A DNA stretch of 10,000 bases from Desmophyllum pertusum (taxonomy: Eukaryota): NCBI GenBank assembly GCA_029204205.1, contig MU825873.1, positions 7,126,407 through 7,136,406 on the forward strand. The letters are read 5' to 3'. Positions 7,806 through 10,000 of the stretch are shown here, piece after piece; within the stretch, counting starts at the first letter, position 1, and each line of letters opens with the position of its first letter. Below the pieces are notes generated by a model, which made no database searches, had not been told where the DNA came from, and saw nothing but the letters and a program-made list of their open reading frames with translations. A program made the position numbers and the translations under genes.

Positions 7806-7952
7806 GAACTAGCTTGTTCGGTCCGTATTGGGAAAATATTGGTCTCGGGTTTTTTTTGCAAGTTTATGGACCTCGCCTTCGGCTCGGTCCATAAACTTGC
7901 AAAAAAAGAACGAGACCAAATATTTCCCAATACGGACTGAACAAGCTGGTTC
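7806..7952. repeat. Near-perfect foldback with about 67 bp arms and a 14 bp centre (tcgccttcggctc). MITE-like, with TA-rich flanks.
   Basis: gaactagcttgttcggtccgtattgggaaaatattggtctcgggttttttttgcaagtttatggacc | ... | ggtccataaacttgcaaaaaaagaacgagaccaaatatttcccaatacggactgaacaagctggttc. Confidence 0.8.
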
Positions 7953-8330
7953 TATAAAGTTTTTATTATAATGGATTTTTTTTTTAATTTCTGATAAATT
8001 AATTCAACCATTCTTGGCTAACGCGCGTGCCAAAGCTAAGCATATTCTTGTATTTTCAGGCCGCTTTGCAAAACGTTTAACCAAAATTGTCCGCCAGACA
8101 TGAGAAAAAATGTTTCTACTTAATAGAAAACAGTTTTCTTTTGTTCAATGTTTCATCAAAGGAATTCGGTGAAATGAGTTCATGAGCGATCCATCTTAGT
8201 GGTCTGTATTGCAAAATTCGGACCGCTCAGGGAACCAATCAGAATGCTCCTTTTCATCGTGGACCAGTTTGCCATATAATAAATAATTTTACAAAAGGTA
8301 ATACTGAAGTTTAACCAAAAGTTAGTGAAG

Positions 8331-8460
8331 TATTTAATAAAACAATTATTCCATTCACCCTTGTTGGATATGAGATGATTAGAGCCAACTCATGCTCTGC
8401 GCTCATTGGCTATTTATCATCTCATATCCATCACGGGCTCATGGAATAATTGTTAAATAA
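8331..8460. repeat. Foldback with about 50 bp arms. It ends about 45 bp upstream of the exon-4 splice acceptor.
   Basis: tatttaataaaacaattattccattcacccttgttggatatgagatgattagagccaa | ctcatgctctgcgctca | ttggctatttatcatctcatatccatcacgggctcatggaataattgttaaataa. Confidence 0.75.
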
Positions 8461-8505
8461 TAGGTGTCTCTATCTTGATCCTGCTGGCTAATAATGTTTC
8501 TGCAG

Positions 8506-8664
8506 ATTTGTGCTCATAAGGGTGCTGAGATACCTAATCCTGATTGCAGAGATGTTCCTACACAACAAAATGACGTTTACATTGAAACAGTCGCTGAAGT
8601 AATTAAATCCCACTTTCCTGGTGTGAAACCAGAACTGAATATTGCAGAGACCTGCATTTATTCG
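8506..8664 (+). CDS. PIPOX: PIPOX-like exon encoding ICAHKGAEIPNPDCRDVPTQQNDVYIETVAEVIKSHFPGVKPELNIAETCIYS. It contains the conserved Cys (codon 8653-8655) corresponding to the covalent FAD-attachment cysteine of PIPOX/MSOX.
   Basis: Acceptor tgtttctgcAG|att at 8504-8505. Donor tcg|GTAAGT at 8665. It aligns with human [53 protein letters not shown]. Confidence 0.85.
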
Positions 8665-9463
8665 GTAAGTAATTAGTTAGCTAACCAAACTTGTAGATAC
8701 AAAACTTGAGAGCTCTGAGGCTTATTTGATGGAGTAAGTTTGCTTGCCTCACAGGGAAGTCGTCATTAAGCACAAGGTTCTAACGACAAATGGCAAACGT
8801 CAGCTTGCCATTTATTTTGTTTACTTTTCCTCAAATCGTTAAATAAATTCATCAGAAAAATGGCAAAAAAATTGAAACTATTCCCATTCAGGTACAAGCA
8901 ACTAACAGCAGACGACAAAGGTTGGATTTTTTGCCATTCACGGGAAAAACAAATGTGATCATTGCTTAATCTGTCTATTACCTGATACCCCCTTGCATGC
9001 ATTAGTCATCATCATTACCTGATTGCTCCGTTCGAGCATTAGTTGATGCTACATCATAATTACTAGATTATATTATTTGGGCCCTGCTTTGGAACAGCGA
9101 GTCTCTGGTATATGAATTGTATATTTTTTTACTGTAAATACTTTTACACCGGGACCCCAAGGATGCCTCCTCAGGTTTTGGCCTCTGGACCAAAACCCTG
9201 CAGGAGCAATTAAAATTCTTTCCATTTGACTTGATTCGATTTGTTTGACATGATTCTTATATTGTGTTGCACAATATATAAAATGTTTTCCGCATAACAT
9301 AATAACATGATAAATGAAGAATCCATTGAACAATCCTCTCCCGATATTTTGTTAAATAATTCATTGGTACCGATTATTAATTAAACTTTGTGTGCATGGC
9401 CAGAGAGGCACATGCACTCAGTCCCAATGCCTCAATCTGATGACTGAAACTTTATTGCCATAG

Positions 9464-9539
9464 GTGACTCCTGATAGTTTGTTTGTGTTGGATAGACACC
9501 CTGAATTTCAGAATATTATAATTGGTGCTGGCTTTTCAG
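9464..9539 (+). CDS. PIPOX: PIPOX-like exon encoding [25 protein letters not shown](G). It ends in phase 1. The gene continues beyond the window in both directions.
   Basis: Acceptor tttattgccatAG|gtg at 9462-9463. Donor cag|GTAAGA at 9540. It aligns with human [26 protein letters not shown](HGFK). Confidence 0.8.
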
Positions 9540-9981
9540 GTAAGACAATAATAATAAGCTTGGTAGAAACACAACAAGAAATCAATTTTATTGTCACTAA
9601 AAGCCCGTAAGGGGAGTGTCAATTAAATTATTGTATTGTATTGTAAAGATCTTATTCTGCCAGTGTTTCAAGGTACTAGGAAAAATAATTTTGAGTTCTC
9701 CAAACAGGATGTGCCTTACGCACAGCAGTCAGATACTCTTATACTGAGTTACATCTTCCATGAGTCTCCTGTAGCACAGTGCTAAAGTATCTGATCGACA
9801 AAATCACCCTACGCCCGGGAGGGGCACTGTTAGAAGAACTTGGAAATATTTTCCGCATAGCTGGTGTAATGTCTTTCTCAATTATTACATGTTTCACAAA
9901 CGTGATATGTTGCTGGAACATTAGTTTAGTATGCTATTAATCCCATGGCAATGGAAATAGACAACAAATGAAATAGCCTGC

Positions 9982-10000
9982 ACCCCCCCCCCCCCCCCCC
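9982..10000. repeat. Homopolymer C19 (G19 on the minus strand) running into the window edge.
   Basis: Direct reading of the sequence. It may continue past the window, or it may be an assembly or sequencing artefact. Confidence 0.7.

Noticed and set aside
1841-8460. The set of palindromic repeats as a possible CRISPR array or other prokaryotic repeat system
   Set aside because: The hairpins are all different sequences, 90-180 bp long and irregularly spaced by kilobases. There are no identical 25-40 bp direct repeats with uniform spacers, no cas-like ORFs and no long ORFs at all. The context is a spliced eukaryotic gene.
1-10000. Any operon, toxin-antitoxin, restriction-modification or phage-defence-like architecture
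   Set aside because: There are no long ORFs or co-directional gene clusters. The coding density, splice signals and repeat content are those of a metazoan intron-rich locus.

Overview
This window reads as eukaryotic (probably invertebrate metazoan) genomic DNA, not a prokaryotic locus. It is AT-rich, has no long ORFs, and contains short exons bounded by canonical GT..AG splice sites. The supportable core is five consecutive internal exons, on the + strand, of a gene for a peroxisomal sarcosine oxidase / L-pipecolate oxidase (PIPOX, monomeric sarcosine oxidase family of FAD amine oxidases). The joined exons are co-linear with the C-terminal half of human PIPOX as I recall it, including the VCYW, HIYG..EYPGL.K and IGAGFSG motifs and the cysteine used for covalent FAD attachment. 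The introns are packed with unrelated long foldback (palindromic) elements, at least seven with 30-67 bp near-perfect arms. They also hold a TIR-bounded CpG-rich element, a pair of diverged ~200 bp dispersed repeats, a tRNA-like Pol III unit with A/B boxes and a T9 terminator, a LINE reverse-transcriptase C-terminal (CCHC) fragment on the minus strand, a CpG-rich promoter-like block (YY1-core-like AAGATGGCGGC, TATAAATA inside a palindrome, a TGACGTCA site), short tandem repeats and a terminal poly-C tract. I see no CRISPR array, operon, toxin-antitoxin or defence-island architecture. The most interesting unexplained signal is the density and diversity of perfect hairpins in the introns, one of them sitting about 45 bp upstream of an exon acceptor. 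Most ORFs in the supplied track are artefacts of palindromes or of TTG 'starts' inside exons.
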